Assembly: GCF_000143415.4 (NCBI RefSeq) | Contig: NW_003314392.1 | Location: 34,390-98,389, forward strand | From: Selaginella moellendorffii | Lineage: Eukaryota > Plantae > Lycopodiophyta | Length of the DNA stretch: 64,000 nucleotides | Direction: 5' to 3' | Shown: positions 38,044 to 51,676 of the stretch, piece by piece | Layout: each line of letters begins with the position of its first letter | Numbering within the stretch: position 1 is the first letter of the stretch | The notes under the pieces: generated by a model | Told to the model about the DNA's origin: nothing | The model's database searches: none | The model's input: the letters and a program-made list of their open reading frames with translations, nothing else | Made by a program: the position numbers and the translations under genes

Positions 38044-38866
38044 CCGGCCCGCACCATTGCGATGGGTTTGACGCTGGGTTTTCGAGCGAGTGGGCAACAT
38101 CCATGGCTCGGTTTGCGGTGGGACTTGAACCGTTGGAAAGCTTGCGTGAGTCCACCCGTTTCCACAGAAACGGATCCCGATTTCGTTGCTCCACCGTCCC
38201 ACACCATTGCAATGGGTTTTGTGCTGTTCCCGTTGCCATATCTCGTGGACCGTGGGCCCCCTTTCGCCCTTGGGCACATGGGAGCAACTGGGGCGGTGCG
38301 CGCAACTGGCCCATGTGGCCAAGTACATTTTTCCATGTCCTGGGCGCCTGCTTTTGTGGTTTTTCCCACGGAAGAAGATGCGTCCCACGTGGCGATCCGT
38401 GTGCCCGCCCGCACTCCGGCACCAACGGGGCCGGCCGGCGTGACGCCCCGGTCGCGGCCGTGCCAACGGATCGCGGGCCCCATGCGTGGGCAGACGCCGG
38501 GAGTGCATCTCACTCTCGAGGAAAACACCGCACTGGCGCTCGGGCCTGCACTGGAACGCGACCCCAGGAGCGCCGTGGCGAAGCCCGCGTCGAGGGCATC
38601 GATCCGAATTGGCTGGGCCCCCCATGCCATGCTGGCACCGTGCGTGCCTTGTCGAAAACGGCACACCCTTGCGACCGCTGGGCGAAAGGGGCAAACCCCG
38701 AGAGGTCCTTGCACCTCCTGTCACTGGGGAGGGTGCCCCCCACGAACACGAACCCAACGGCGCCAGTCCCCCGCGGTGCGCCCGCTCGGTTCACAGAAAA
38801 CGGCCCCCAACGCCCGCATTCTCCATTCCTGAGGGAGAATATTCCCTCCACTACTTAAATTGTGCC

Positions 38867-38965
38867 AAAAAGAGGTGGCTCCGGGTGGGTCTCGACCCAG
38901 GGACCTATTTGAGTGGACTTGTTTTTAGATTGGGGGTCTCTGCCACTAGGCCTCTACCACCTCTC
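38867..38965 (-). ncRNA. Putative Pol III small RNA gene, copy 32
   Basis: Same cassette as copy 1. Confidence 0.65.
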
Positions 38966-40115
38966 CGTTACATATTTCGTGTCGGTTAAATTTATTGGGT
39001 TTGTGGGGGAGGGGGTTTAACTAGCAAAGGGCGATTATGGGGAGCGCTTAGTGCGATTAAGTGGGGCTTAAGTTGGGGCAATCGCGGCCGTCGGTGCGGT
39101 GGGGTGGTTGACCGGCGGCGATGAGTTTGACCGGCGGTCCCCGTGACACGTGGCTAGGGCTAGGGTCTGGATATGGGTTTTGCGCGAGTGGGCAAGATCC
39201 ATGGCTCGGTTTGCGGTGGGACTTGAACCGTTGGAAAGCTTGCGTGAGTCCACCCGTTTCCACAGAAACGGATCTGGATTTCGTCGCTCCACCGGCCCGC
39301 ACCATTGCGATGGGTTTGACGCTGGGTTTTCGAGCGAGTGGGCAACATCCATGGCTCGGTTTGCGGTGGGACTTGAACCGTTGGAAAGCTTGCGTGAGTC
39401 CACCCGTTTCCACAGAAACGGATCCCGATTTCGTTGCTCCACCGTCCCACACCATTGCAATGGGTTTTGTGCTGTTCCCGTTGCCATATCTCGTGGACCG
39501 TGGGCCCCCTTTCGCCCTTGGGCACATGGGAGCAACTGGGGCGGTGCGCGCAACTGGCCCATGTGGCCAAGTACATTTTTCCATGTCCTGGGCGCCTGCT
39601 TTTGTGGTTTTTCCCACGGAAGAAGATGCGTCCCACGTGGCGATCCGTGTGCCCGCCCGCACTCCGGCACCAACGGGGCCGGCCGGCGTGACGCCCCGGT
39701 CGCGGCCGTGCCAACGGATCGCGGGCCCCATGCGTGGGCTGCCGCCGGGAGTGCATCTCACTCTCGAGGAAAACACCGCACTGGCGCTCGGGCCTGCACT
39801 GGAACGCGACCCCAGGAGCGCCGTGGCGAAGCCCGCGTCGAGGGCATCGATCCGAATTGGCTGGGCCCCCCATGCCATGCTGGCACCGTGCGTGCCTTGT
39901 CGAAAACGGCACACCCTTGCGACCGCTGGGCGAAAGGGGCAAACCCCGAGAGGTCCTTGCACCTCCTGTCACTGGGGAGGGTGCCCCCCACGAACACGAA
40001 CCCAACGGCGCCAGTCCCACGCGAAACGCACGCACGGTTCGCGAGAAAACGGCCCCCAACGCCCGCATTCTCCATTATTCCGAGAGAATATTCCCTCCAC
40101 TACTTAAATTGTGCC

Positions 40116-40214
40116 AAAAAGAGGTGGCTCCGGGTGGGTCTCGACCCAGGGACCTATTTGAGTGGACTTGTTTTTAGATTGGGGGTCTCTGCCACTAGGC
40201 CTCTACCACCTCTC
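40116..40214 (-). ncRNA. Putative Pol III small RNA gene, copy 33
   Basis: Same cassette as copy 1. Confidence 0.65.
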
Positions 40215-40423
40215 CGTTACATATTTCGTGTCGGTTAAATTTATTGGGTTTGTGGGGGAGGGGGTTTAACTAGCAAAGGGCGATTATGGGGAGCGCTTAG
40301 TGCGATTAAGTGGGGCTTAAGTTGGGGCAATCGCGGCCGTCGGTGCGGTGGGGTGGTTGACCGGCGGCGATGAGTTTGACCGGCGGTCCCCGTGACACGT
40401 GGCTAGGGCTAGGGTCTGGATAT

Positions 40424-40566
40424 GGGTTTTCGAGCGAGTGGGCAACATCCATGGCTCGGTTTGCGGTGGGACTTGAACCGTTGGAAAGCTTGCGTGAGTC
40501 ACCCGTTTCCACAGAAACGGATCCCGATTTCGTTGCTCCACCGTCCCACACCATTGCAATGGGTTT
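40424..40566. repeat. Unit with a single (B-type) 150-bp subrepeat; unit length 1099
   Basis: GGATATGGGTTTT joins directly to CGAGCGAGTGGGCAACATCC. Landmark spacing is 40238 to 41337. Confidence 0.95.
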
Positions 40567-41214
40567 TGTGCTGTTCCCGTTGCCATATCTCGTGGACCGT
40601 GGGCCCCCTTTCGCCCTTGGGCACATGGGAGCAACTGGGGCGGTGCGCGCAACTGGCCCATGTGGCCAAGTACATTTTTCCATGTCCTGGGCGCCTGCTT
40701 TTGTGGTTTTTCCCACGGAAGAAGATGCGTCCCACGTGGCGATCCGTGTGCCCGCCCGCACTCCGGCACCAACGGGGCCGGCCGGCGTGACGCCCCGGTC
40801 GCGGCCGTGCCAACGGATCGCGGGCCCCATGCGTGGGCTGCCGCCGGGAGTGCATCTCACTCTCGAGGAAAACACCGCACTGGCGCTCGGGCCTGCACTG
40901 GAACGCGACCCCAGGAGCGCCGTGGCGAAGCCCGCGTCGAGGGCATCGATCCGAATTGGCTGGGCCCCCCATGCCATGCTGGCACCGTGCGTGCCTTGTC
41001 GAAAACGGCACACCCTTGCGACCGCTGGGCGAAAGGGGCAAACCCCGAGAGGTCCTTGCACCTCCTGTCACTGGGGAGGGTGCCCCCCACGAACACGAAC
41101 CCAACGGCGCCAGTCCCACGCGAAACGCACGCACGGTTCGCGAGAAAACGGCCCCCAACGCCCGCATTCTCCATTATTCCGAGAGAATATTCCCTCCACT
41201 ACTTAAATTGTGCC

Positions 41215-41313
41215 AAAAAGAGGTGGCTCCGGGTGGGTCTCGACCCAGGGACCTATTTGAGTGGACTTGTTTTTAGATTGGGGGTCTCTGCCACTAGGCC
41301 TCTACCAACTCTC
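41215..41313 (-). ncRNA. Putative Pol III small RNA gene, copy 34 (stem variant)
   Basis: Same cassette with forward C>A at 41308 in the 5' stem arm. Confidence 0.6.
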
Positions 41314-42463
41314 CGTTACATATTTCGTGTCGGTTAAATTTATTGGGTTTGTGGGGGAGGGGGTTTAACTAGCAAAGGGCGATTATGGGGAGCGCTTAGT
41401 GCGATTAAGTGGGGCTTAAGTTGGGGCAATCGCGGCCGTCGGTGCGGTGGGGTGGTTGACCGGCGGCGATGAGTTTGACCGGCGGTCCCCGTGACACGTG
41501 GCTAGGGCTAGGGTCTGGATATGGGTTTTGCGCGAGTGGGCAAGATCCATGGCTCGGTTTGCGGTGGGACTTGAACCGTTGGAAAGCTTGCGTGAGTCCA
41601 CCCGTTTCCACAGAAACGGATCTGGATTTCGTCGCTCCACCGGCCCGCACCATTGCGATGGGTTTGACGCTGGGTTTTCGAGCGAGTGGGCAACATCCAT
41701 GGCTCGGTTTGCGGTGGGACTTGAACCGTTGGAAAGCTTGCGTGAGTCCACCCGTTTCCACAGAAACGGATCCCGATTTCGTTGCTCCACCGTCCCACAC
41801 CATTGCAATGGGTTTTGTGCTGTTCCCGTTGCCATATCTCGTGGACCGTGGGCCCCCTTTCGCCCTTGGGCACATGGGAGCAACTGGGGCGGTGCGCGCA
41901 ACTGGCCCATGTGGCCAAGTACATTTTTCCATGTCCTGGGCGCCTGCTTTTGTGGTTTTTCCCACGGAAGAAGATGCGTCCCACGTGGCGATCCGTGTGC
42001 CCGCCCGCACTCCGGCACCAACGGGGCCGGCCGGCGTGACGCCCCGGTCGCGGCCGTGCCAACGGATCGCGGGCCCCATGCGTGGGCTGCCGCCGGGAGT
42101 GCATCTCACTCTCGAGGAAAACACCGCACTGGCGCTCGGGCCTGCACTGGAACGCGACCCCAGGAGCGCCGTGGCGAAGCCCGCGTCGAGGGCATCGATC
42201 CGAATTGGCTGGGCCCCCCATGCCATGCTGGCACCGTGCGTGCCTTGTCGAAAACGGCACACCCTTGCGACCGCTGGGCGAAAGGGGCAAACCCCGAGAG
42301 GTCCTTGCACCTCCTGTCACTGGGGAGGGTGCCCCCCACGAACACGAACCCAACGGCGCCAGTCCCACGCGAAACGCACGCACGGTTCGCGAGAAAACGG
42401 CCCCCAACGCCCGCATTCTCCATTATTCCGAGAGAATATTCCCTCCACTACTTAAATTGTGCC

Positions 42464-42562
42464 AAAAAGAGGTGGCTCCGGGTGGGTCTCGACCCAGGGA
42501 CCTATTTGAGTGGACTTGTTTTTAGATTGGGGGTCTCTGCCACTAGGCCTCTACCACCTCTC
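42464..42562 (-). ncRNA. Putative Pol III small RNA gene, copy 35
   Basis: Same cassette as copy 1. Confidence 0.65.
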
Positions 42563-43724
42563 CGTTACATATTTCGTGTCGGTTAAATTTATTGGGTTTG
42601 TGGGGGAGGGGGTTTAACTAGCAAAGGGCGATTATGGGGAGCGCTTAGTGCGATTAAGTGGGGCTTAAGTTGGGGCAATCGCGGCCGTCGGTGCGGTGGG
42701 GTGGTTGACCGGCGGCGATGAGTTTGACCGGCGGTCCCCGTGACACGTGGCTAGGGCTAGGGTCTGGATATGGGTTTTGCGCGAGTGGGCAAGATCCATG
42801 GCTCGGTTTGCGGTGGGACTTGAACCGTTGGAAAGCTTGCGTGAGTCCACCCGTTTCCACAGAAACGGATCTGGATTTCGTCGCTCCACCGGCCCGCACC
42901 ATTGCGATGGGTTTGACGCTGGGTTTTCGAGCGAGTGGGCAACATCCATGGCTCGGTTTGCGGTGGGACTTGAACCGTTGGAAAGCTTGCGTGAGTCCAC
43001 CCGTTTCCACAGAAACGGATCCCGATTTCGTTGCTCCACCGTCCCACACCATTGCAATGGGTTTTGTGCTGTTCCCGTTGCCATATCTCGTGGACCGTGG
43101 GCCCCCTTTCGCCCTTGGGCACATGGGAGCAACTGGGGCGGTGCGCGCAACTGGCCCATGTGGCCAAGTACATTTTTCCATGTCCTGGGCGCCTGCTTTT
43201 GTGGTTTTTCCCACGGAAGAAGATGCGTCCCACGTGGCGATCCGTGTGCCCGCCCGCACTCCGGCACCAACGGGGCCGGCCGGCGTGACGCCCCGGTCGC
43301 GGCCGTGCCAACGGATCGCGGGCCCCATGCGTGGGCTGCCGCCGGGAGTGCATCTCACTCTCGAGGAAAACACCGCACTGGCGCTCGGGCCTGCACTGGA
43401 ACGCGACCCCAGGAGCGCCGTGGCGAAGCCCGCGTCGAGGGCATCGATCCGAATTGGCTGGGCCCCCCATGCCATGCTGGCACCGTGCGTGCCTTGTCGA
43501 AAACGGCACACCCTTGCGACCGCTGGGCGAAAGGGGCAAACCCCGAGAGGTCCTTGCACCTCCTGTCACTGGGGAGGGTGCCCCCCACGAACACGAACCC
43601 AACGGCGCCAGTCCCACGCGAAACGCACGCACGGTTTCGCGAGAAAAACGGACGCCCCAGACGCCACGCATTACTCCATTATTTGCCGAGAGAAGTATTC
43701 CCTCCCACTACTTAGAATTGTGCC

Positions 43725-43826
43725 AAAAAGAAGGTGGGCTCCGGGTGGGTCTCGACCCGAGGGACCTATTTGAGTGGACTTGTTTTTAGATTGGGGGTCT
43801 CTGCCACTAGGCCTCTACCACCTCTC
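43725..43826 (-). ncRNA. Putative Pol III small RNA gene, copy 36
   Basis: Same cassette with three 1-nt insertions inside a low-quality patch. Confidence 0.55.
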
Positions 43827-44976
43827 CGTTACATATTTCGTGTCGGTTAAATTTATTGGGTTTGTGGGGGAGGGGGTTTAACTAGCAAAGGGCGATTATG
43901 GGGAGCGCTTAGTGCGATTAAGTGGGGCTTAAGTTGGGGCAATCGCGGCCGTCGGTGCGGTGGGGTGGTTGACCGGCGGCGATGAGTTTGACCGGCGGTC
44001 CCCGTGACACGTGGCTAGGGCTAGGGTCTGGATATGGGTTTTGCGCGAGTGGGCAAGATCCATGGCTCGGTTTGCGGTGGGACTTGAACCGTTGGAAAGC
44101 TTGCGTGAGTCCACCCGTTTCCACAGAAACGGATCTGGATTTCGTCGCTCCACCGGCCCGCACCATTGCGATGGGTTTGACGCTGGGTTTTCGAGCGAGT
44201 GGGCAACATCCATGGCTCGGTTTGCGGTGGGACTTGAACCGTTGGAAAGCTTGCGTGAGTCCACCCGTTTCCACAGAAACGGATCCCGATTTCGTTGCTC
44301 CACCGTCCCACACCATTGCAATGGGTTTTGTGCTGTTCCCGTTGCCATATCTCGTGGACCGTGGGCCCCCTTTCGCCCTTGGGCACATGGGAGCAACTGG
44401 GGCGGTGCGCGCAACTGGCCCATGTGGCCAAGTACATTTTTCCATGTCCTGGGCGCCTGCTTTTGTGGTTTTTCCCACGGAAGAAGATGCGTCCCACGTG
44501 GCGATCCGTGTGCCCGCCCGCACTCCGGCACCAACGGGGCCGGCCGGCGTGACGCCCCGGTCGCGGCCGTGCCAACGGATCGCGGGCCCCATGCGTGGGC
44601 TGCCGCCGGGAGTGCATCTCACTCTCGAGGAAAACACCGCACTGGCGCTCGGGCCTGCACTGGAACGCGACCCCAGGAGCGCCGTGGCGAAGCCCGCGTC
44701 GAGGGCATCGATCCGAATTGGCTGGGCCCCCCATGCCATGCTGGCACCGTGCGTGCCTTGTCGAAAACGGCACACCCTTGCGACCGCTGGGCGAAAGGGG
44801 CAAACCCCGAGAGGTCCTTGCACCTCCTGTCACTGGGGAGGGTGCCCCCCACGAACACGAACCCAACGGCGCCAGTCCCACGCGAAACGCACGCACGGTT
44901 CGCGAGAAAACGGCCCCCAACGCCCGCATTCTCCATTATTCCGAGAGAATATTCCCTCCACTACTTAAATTGTGCC

Positions 44977-45075
44977 AAAAAGAGGTGGCTCCGGGTGGGT
45001 CTCGACCCAGGGACCTATTTGAGTGGACTTGTTTTTAGATTGGGGGTCTCTGCCACTAGGCCTCTACCACCTCTC
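44977..45075 (-). ncRNA. Putative Pol III small RNA gene, copy 37
   Basis: Same cassette as copy 1. Confidence 0.65.
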
Positions 45076-46225
45076 CGTTACATATTTCGTGTCGGTTAAA
45101 TTTATTGGGTTTGTGGGGGAGGGGGTTTAACTAGCAAAGGGCGATTATGGGGAGCGCTTAGTGCGATTAAGTGGGGCTTAAGTTGGGGCAATCGCGGCCG
45201 TCGGTGCGGTGGGGTGGTTGACCGGCGGCGATGAGTTTGACCGGCGGTCCCCGTGACACGTGGCTAGGGCTAGGGTCTGGATATGGGTTTTGCGCGAGTG
45301 GGCAAGATCCATGGCTCGGTTTGCGGTGGGACTTGAACCGTTGGAAAGCTTGCGTGAGTCCACCCGTTTCCACAGAAACGGATCTGGATTTCGTCGCTCC
45401 ACCGGCCCGCACCATTGCGATGGGTTTGACGCTGGGTTTTCGAGCGAGTGGGCAACATCCATGGCTCGGTTTGCGGTGGGACTTGAACCGTTGGAAAGCT
45501 TGCGTGAGTCCACCCGTTTCCACAGAAACGGATCCCGATTTCGTTGCTCCACCGTCCCACACCATTGCAATGGGTTTTGTGCTGTTCCCGTTGCCATATC
45601 TCGTGGACCGTGGGCCCCCTTTCGCCCTTGGGCACATGGGAGCAACTGGGGCGGTGCGCGCAACTGGCCCATGTGGCCAAGTACATTTTTCCATGTCCTG
45701 GGCGCCTGCTTTTGTGGTTTTTCCCACGGAAGAAGATGCGTCCCACGTGGCGATCCGTGTGCCCGCCCGCACTCCGGCACCAACGGGGCCGGCCGGCGTG
45801 ACGCCCCGGTCGCGGCCGTGCCAACGGATCGCGGGCCCCATGCGTGGGCTGCCGCCGGGAGTGCATCTCACTCTCGAGGAAAACACCGCACTGGCGCTCG
45901 GGCCTGCACTGGAACGCGACCCCAGGAGCGCCGTGGCGAAGCCCGCGTCGAGGGCATCGATCCGAATTGGCTGGGCCCCCCATGCCATGCTGGCACCGTG
46001 CGTGCCTTGTCGAAAACGGCACACCCTTGCGACCGCTGGGCGAAAGGGGCAAACCCCGAGAGGTCCTTGCACCTCCTGTCACTGGGGAGGGTGCCCCCCA
46101 CGAACACGAACCCAACGGCGCCAGTCCCACGCGAAACGCACGCACGGTTCGCGAGAAAACGGCCCCCAACGCCCGCATTCTCCATTATTCCGAGAGAATA
46201 TTCCCTCCACTACTTAAATTGTGCC

Positions 46226-46324
46226 AAAAAGAGGTGGCTCCGGGTGGGTCTCGACCCAGGGACCTATTTGAGTGGACTTGTTTTTAGATTGGGGGTCTCT
46301 GCCACTAGGCCTCTACCACCTCTC
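46226..46324 (-). ncRNA. Putative Pol III small RNA gene, copy 38
   Basis: Same cassette as copy 1. Confidence 0.65.
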
Positions 46325-47474
46325 CGTTACATATTTCGTGTCGGTTAAATTTATTGGGTTTGTGGGGGAGGGGGTTTAACTAGCAAAGGGCGATTATGGG
46401 GAGCGCTTAGTGCGATTAAGTGGGGCTTAAGTTGGGGCAATCGCGGCCGTCGGTGCGGTGGGGTGGTTGACCGGCGGCGATGAGTTTGACCGGCGGTCCC
46501 CGTGACACGTGGCTAGGGCTAGGGTCTGGATATGGGTTTTGCGCGAGTGGGCAAGATCCATGGCTCGGTTTGCGGTGGGACTTGAACCGTTGGAAAGCTT
46601 GCGTGAGTCCACCCGTTTCCACAGAAACGGATCTGGATTTCGTCGCTCCACCGGCCCGCACCATTGCGATGGGTTTGACGCTGGGTTTTCGAGCGAGTGG
46701 GCAACATCCATGGCTCGGTTTGCGGTGGGACTTGAACCGTTGGAAAGCTTGCGTGAGTCCACCCGTTTCCACAGAAACGGATCCCGATTTCGTTGCTCCA
46801 CCGTCCCACACCATTGCAATGGGTTTTGTGCTGTTCCCGTTGCCATATCTCGTGGACCGTGGGCCCCCTTTCGCCCTTGGGCACATGGGAGCAACTGGGG
46901 CGGTGCGCGCAACTGGCCCATGTGGCCAAGTACATTTTTCCATGTCCTGGGCGCCTGCTTTTGTGGTTTTTCCCACGGAAGAAGATGCGTCCCACGTGGC
47001 GATCCGTGTGCCCGCCCGCACTCCGGCACCAACGGGGCCGGCCGGCGTGACGCCCCGGTCGCGGCCGTGCCAACGGATCGCGGGCCCCATGCGTGGGCTG
47101 CCGCCGGGAGTGCATCTCACTCTCGAGGAAAACACCGCACTGGCGCTCGGGCCTGCACTGGAACGCGACCCCAGGAGCGCCGTGGCGAAGCCCGCGTCGA
47201 GGGCATCGATCCGAATTGGCTGGGCCCCCCATGCCATGCTGGCACCGTGCGTGCCTTGTCGAAAACGGCACACCCTTGCGACCGCTGGGCGAAAGGGGCA
47301 AACCCCGAGAGGTCCTTGCACCTCCTGTCACTGGGGAGGGTGCCCCCCACGAACACGAACCCAACGGCGCCAGTCCCACGCGAAACGCACGCACGGTTCG
47401 CGAGAAAACGGCCCCCAACGCCCGCATTCTCCATTATTCCGAGAGAATATTCCCTCCACTACTTAAATTGTGCC

Positions 47475-47573
47475 AAAAAGAGGTGGCTCCGGGTGGGTCT
47501 CGACCCAGGGACCTATTTGAGTGGACTTGTTTTTAGATTGGGGGTCTCTGCCACTAGGCCTCTACCACCTCTC
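47475..47573 (-). ncRNA. Putative Pol III small RNA gene, copy 39
   Basis: Same cassette as copy 1. Confidence 0.65.
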
Positions 47574-48723
47574 CGTTACATATTTCGTGTCGGTTAAATT
47601 TATTGGGTTTGTGGGGGAGGGGGTTTAACTAGCAAAGGGCGATTATGGGGAGCGCTTAGTGCGATTAAGTGGGGCTTAAGTTGGGGCAATCGCGGCCGTC
47701 GGTGCGGTGGGGTGGTTGACCGGCGGCGATGAGTTTGACCGGCGGTCCCCGTGACACGTGGCTAGGGCTAGGGTCTGGATATGGGTTTTGCGCGAGTGGG
47801 CAAGATCCATGGCTCGGTTTGCGGTGGGACTTGAACCGTTGGAAAGCTTGCGTGAGTCCACCCGTTTCCACAGAAACGGATCTGGATTTCGTCGCTCCAC
47901 CGGCCCGCACCATTGCGATGGGTTTGACGCTGGGTTTTCGAGCGAGTGGGCAACATCCATGGCTCGGTTTGCGGTGGGACTTGAACCGTTGGAAAGCTTG
48001 CGTGAGTCCACCCGTTTCCACAGAAACGGATCCCGATTTCGTTGCTCCACCGTCCCACACCATTGCAATGGGTTTTGTGCTGTTCCCGTTGCCATATCTC
48101 GTGGACCGTGGGCCCCCTTTCGCCCTTGGGCACATGGGAGCAACTGGGGCGGTGCGCGCAACTGGCCCATGTGGCCAAGTACATTTTTCCATGTCCTGGG
48201 CGCCTGCTTTTGTGGTTTTTCCCACGGAAGAAGATGCGTCCCACGTGGCGATCCGTGTGCCCGCCCGCACTCCGGCACCAACGGGGCCGGCCGGCGTGAC
48301 GCCCCGGTCGCGGCCGTGCCAACGGATCGCGGGCCCCATGCGTGGGCTGCCGCCGGGAGTGCATCTCACTCTCGAGGAAAACACCGCACTGGCGCTCGGG
48401 CCTGCACTGGAACGCGACCCCAGGAGCGCCGTGGCGAAGCCCGCGTCGAGGGCATCGATCCGAATTGGCTGGGCCCCCCATGCCATGCTGGCACCGTGCG
48501 TGCCTTGTCGAAAACGGCACACCCTTGCGACCGCTGGGCGAAAGGGGCAAACCCCGAGAGGTCCTTGCACCTCCTGTCACTGGGGAGGGTGCCCCCCACG
48601 AACACGAACCCAACGGCGCCAGTCCCACGCGAAACGCACGCACGGTTCGCGAGAAAACGGCCCCCAACGCCCGCATTCTCCATTATTCCGAGAGAATATT
48701 CCCTCCACTACTTAAATTGTGCC

Positions 48724-48822
48724 AAAAAGAGGTGGCTCCGGGTGGGTCTCGACCCAGGGACCTATTTGAGTGGACTTGTTTTTAGATTGGGGGTCTCTGC
48801 CACTAGGCCTCTACCACCTCTC
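48724..48822 (-). ncRNA. Putative Pol III small RNA gene, copy 40
   Basis: Same cassette as copy 1. Confidence 0.65.
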
Positions 48823-49031
48823 CGTTACATATTTCGTGTCGGTTAAATTTATTGGGTTTGTGGGGGAGGGGGTTTAACTAGCAAAGGGCGATTATGGGGA
48901 GCGCTTAGTGCGATTAAGTGGGGCTTAAGTTGGGGCAATCGCGGCCGTCGGTGCGGTGGGGTGGTTGACCGGCGGCGATGAGTTTGACCGGCGGTCCCCG
49001 TGACACGTGGCTAGGGCTAGGGTCTGGATAT

Positions 49032-49474
49032 GGGTTTTGCGCGAGTGGGCAAGATCCATGGCTCGGTTTGCGGTGGGACTTGAACCGTTGGAAAGCTTGC
49101 GTGAGTCCACCCGTTTCCACAGAAACGGATCTGGATTTCGTCGCTCCACCGGCCCGCACCATTGCGATGGGTTTGACGCTGGGTTTTCGAGCGAGTGGGC
49201 AACATCCATGGCTCGGTTTGCGGTGGGACTTGAACCGTTGGAAAGCTTGCGTGAGTCCACCCGTTTCCACAGAAACGGATCTGGATTTCGTCGCTCCACC
49301 GGCCCGCACCATTGCGATGGGTTTGACGCTGGGTTTTCGAGCGAGTGGGCAACATCCATGGCTCGGTTTGCGGTGGGACTTGAACCGTTGGAAAGCTTGC
49401 GTGAGTCCACCCGTTTCCACAGAAACGGATCCCGATTTCGTTGCTCCACCGTCCCACACCATTGCAATGGGTTT
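49032..49474. repeat. Unit with three 150-bp subrepeats; unit length 1399
   Basis: Three GGACTTGAACC-containing copies. Landmark spacing is 48846 to 50245. Confidence 0.95.
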
Positions 49475-50122
49475 TGTGCTGTTCCCGTTGCCATATCTCG
49501 TGGACCGTGGGCCCCCTTTCGCCCTTGGGCACATGGGAGCAACTGGGGCGGTGCGCGCAACTGGCCCATGTGGCCAAGTACATTTTTCCATGTCCTGGGC
49601 GCCTGCTTTTGTGGTTTTTCCCACGGAAGAAGATGCGTCCCACGTGGCGATCCGTGTGCCCGCCCGCACTCCGGCACCAACGGGGCCGGCCGGCGTGACG
49701 CCCCGGTCGCGGCCGTGCCAACGGATCGCGGGCCCCATGCGTGGGCTGCCGCCGGGAGTGCATCTCACTCTCGAGGAAAACACCGCACTGGCGCTCGGGC
49801 CTGCACTGGAACGCGACCCCAGGAGCGCCGTGGCGAAGCCCGCGTCGAGGGCATCGATCCGAATTGGCTGGGCCCCCCATGCCATGCTGGCACCGTGCGT
49901 GCCTTGTCGAAAACGGCACACCCTTGCGACCGCTGGGCGAAAGGGGCAAACCCCGAGAGGTCCTTGCACCTCCTGTCACTGGGGAGGGTGCCCCCCACGA
50001 ACACGAACCCAACGGCGCCAGTCCCACGCGAAACGCACGCACGGTTCGCGAGAAAACGGCCCCCAACGCCCGCATTCTCCATTATTCCGAGAGAATATTC
50101 CCTCCACTACTTAAATTGTGCC

Positions 50123-50221
50123 AAAAAGAGGTGGCTCCGGGTGGGTCTCGACCCAGGGACCTATTTGAGTGGACTTGTTTTTAGATTGGGGGTCTCTGCC
50201 ACTAGGCCTCTACCACCTCTC
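50123..50221 (-). ncRNA. Putative Pol III small RNA gene, copy 41
   Basis: Same cassette as copy 1. Confidence 0.65.
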
Positions 50222-51368
50222 CGTTACATATTTCGTGTCGGTTAAATTTATTGGGTTTGTGGGGGAGGGGGTTTAACTAGCAAAGGGCGATTATGGGGAG
50301 CGCTTAGTGCGATTAAGTGGGGCTTAAGTTGGGGCAATCGCGGCCGTCGGTGCGGTGGGGTGGTTGACCGGCGGCGATGAGTTTGACCGGCGGTCCCCGT
50401 GACACGTGGCTAGGGCTAGGGTCTGGATATGGGTTTTGCGCGAGTGGGCAAGATCCATGGCTCGGTTTGCGGTGGGACTTGAACCGTTGGAAAGCTTGCG
50501 TGAGTCCACCCGTTTTCCAGAAACGGATCTGGATTTCGTCGCTCGCCGGCCCGCACCATTGCGATGGGTTTGACGCTGGGTTTTCGAGCGAGTGGGCAAC
50601 ATCCATGGCTCGGTTTGCGGTGGGACTTGAACCGTTGGAAAGCTTGCGTGAGTCCACCCGTTTCCACAGAAACGGATCCCGATTTCGTTGCTCCACCGTC
50701 CCACACCATTGCAATGGGTTTTGTGCTGTTCCCGTTGCCATATCTCGTGGACCGTGGGCCCCCTTTCGCCCTTGGGCACATGGGAGCAACTGGGGCGGTG
50801 CGCGCAACTGGCCCATGTGGCCAAGTACATTTTTCCATGTCCTGGGCGCCTGCTTTTGTGGTTTTTCCCACGGAAGAAGATGCGTCCCACGTGGCGATCC
50901 GTGTGCCCGCCCGCACTCCGGCACCAACGGGGCCGGCCGGCGTGACGCCCCGGTCGCGGCCGTGCCAACGGATCGCGGGCCCCATGCGTGGGCTGCCGCC
51001 GGGAGTGCATCTCACTCTCGAGGAAAACACCGCACTGGCGCTCGGGCCTGCACTGGAACGCGACCCCAGGAGCGCCGTGGCGAAGCCCGCGTCGAGGGCA
51101 TCGATCCGAATTGGCTGGGCCCCCCATGCCATGCTGGCACCGTGCGTGCCTTGTCGAAAACGGCACACCCTTGCGACCGCTGGGCGAAAGGGGCAAACCC
51201 CGAGAGGTCCTTGCACCTCCTGTCACTGGGGAGGGTGCCCCCCACGAACACGAACCCAACGGCGCCAGTCCCACGCGAAACGCACGCACGGTTCGCGAGA
51301 AAACGGCCCCCAACGCCCGCATTCTCCATATTCCGAGAGAATATTCCCTCCACTACTTAAATTGTGCC

Positions 51369-51467
51369 AAAAAGAGGTGGCTCCGGGTGGGTCTCGACCC
51401 AGGGACCTATTTGAGTGGACTTGTTTTTAGATTGGGGGTCTCTGCCACTAGGCCTCTACCACCTCTC
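51369..51467 (-). ncRNA. Putative Pol III small RNA gene, copy 42
   Basis: Same cassette as copy 1. Confidence 0.65.
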
Positions 51468-51676
51468 CGTTACATATTTCGTGTCGGTTAAATTTATTGG
51501 GTTTGTGGGGGAGGGGGTTTAACTAGCAAAGGGCGATTATGGGGAGCGCTTAGTGCGATTAAGTGGGGCTTAAGTTGGGGCAATCGCGGCCGTCGGTGCG
51601 GTGGGGTGGTTGACCGGCGGCGATGAGTTTGACCGGCGGTCCCCGTGACACGTGGCTAGGGCTAGGGTCTGGATAT

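Noticed and set aside
38770-38836. Divergent patch
   Set aside because: Locally garbled consensus in a unit that also contains an N gap, so most likely low-quality sequence.
43635-43762. Divergent unit variant
   Set aside because: Dense single-base insertions (net +15) are typical of an unpolished long-read segment.
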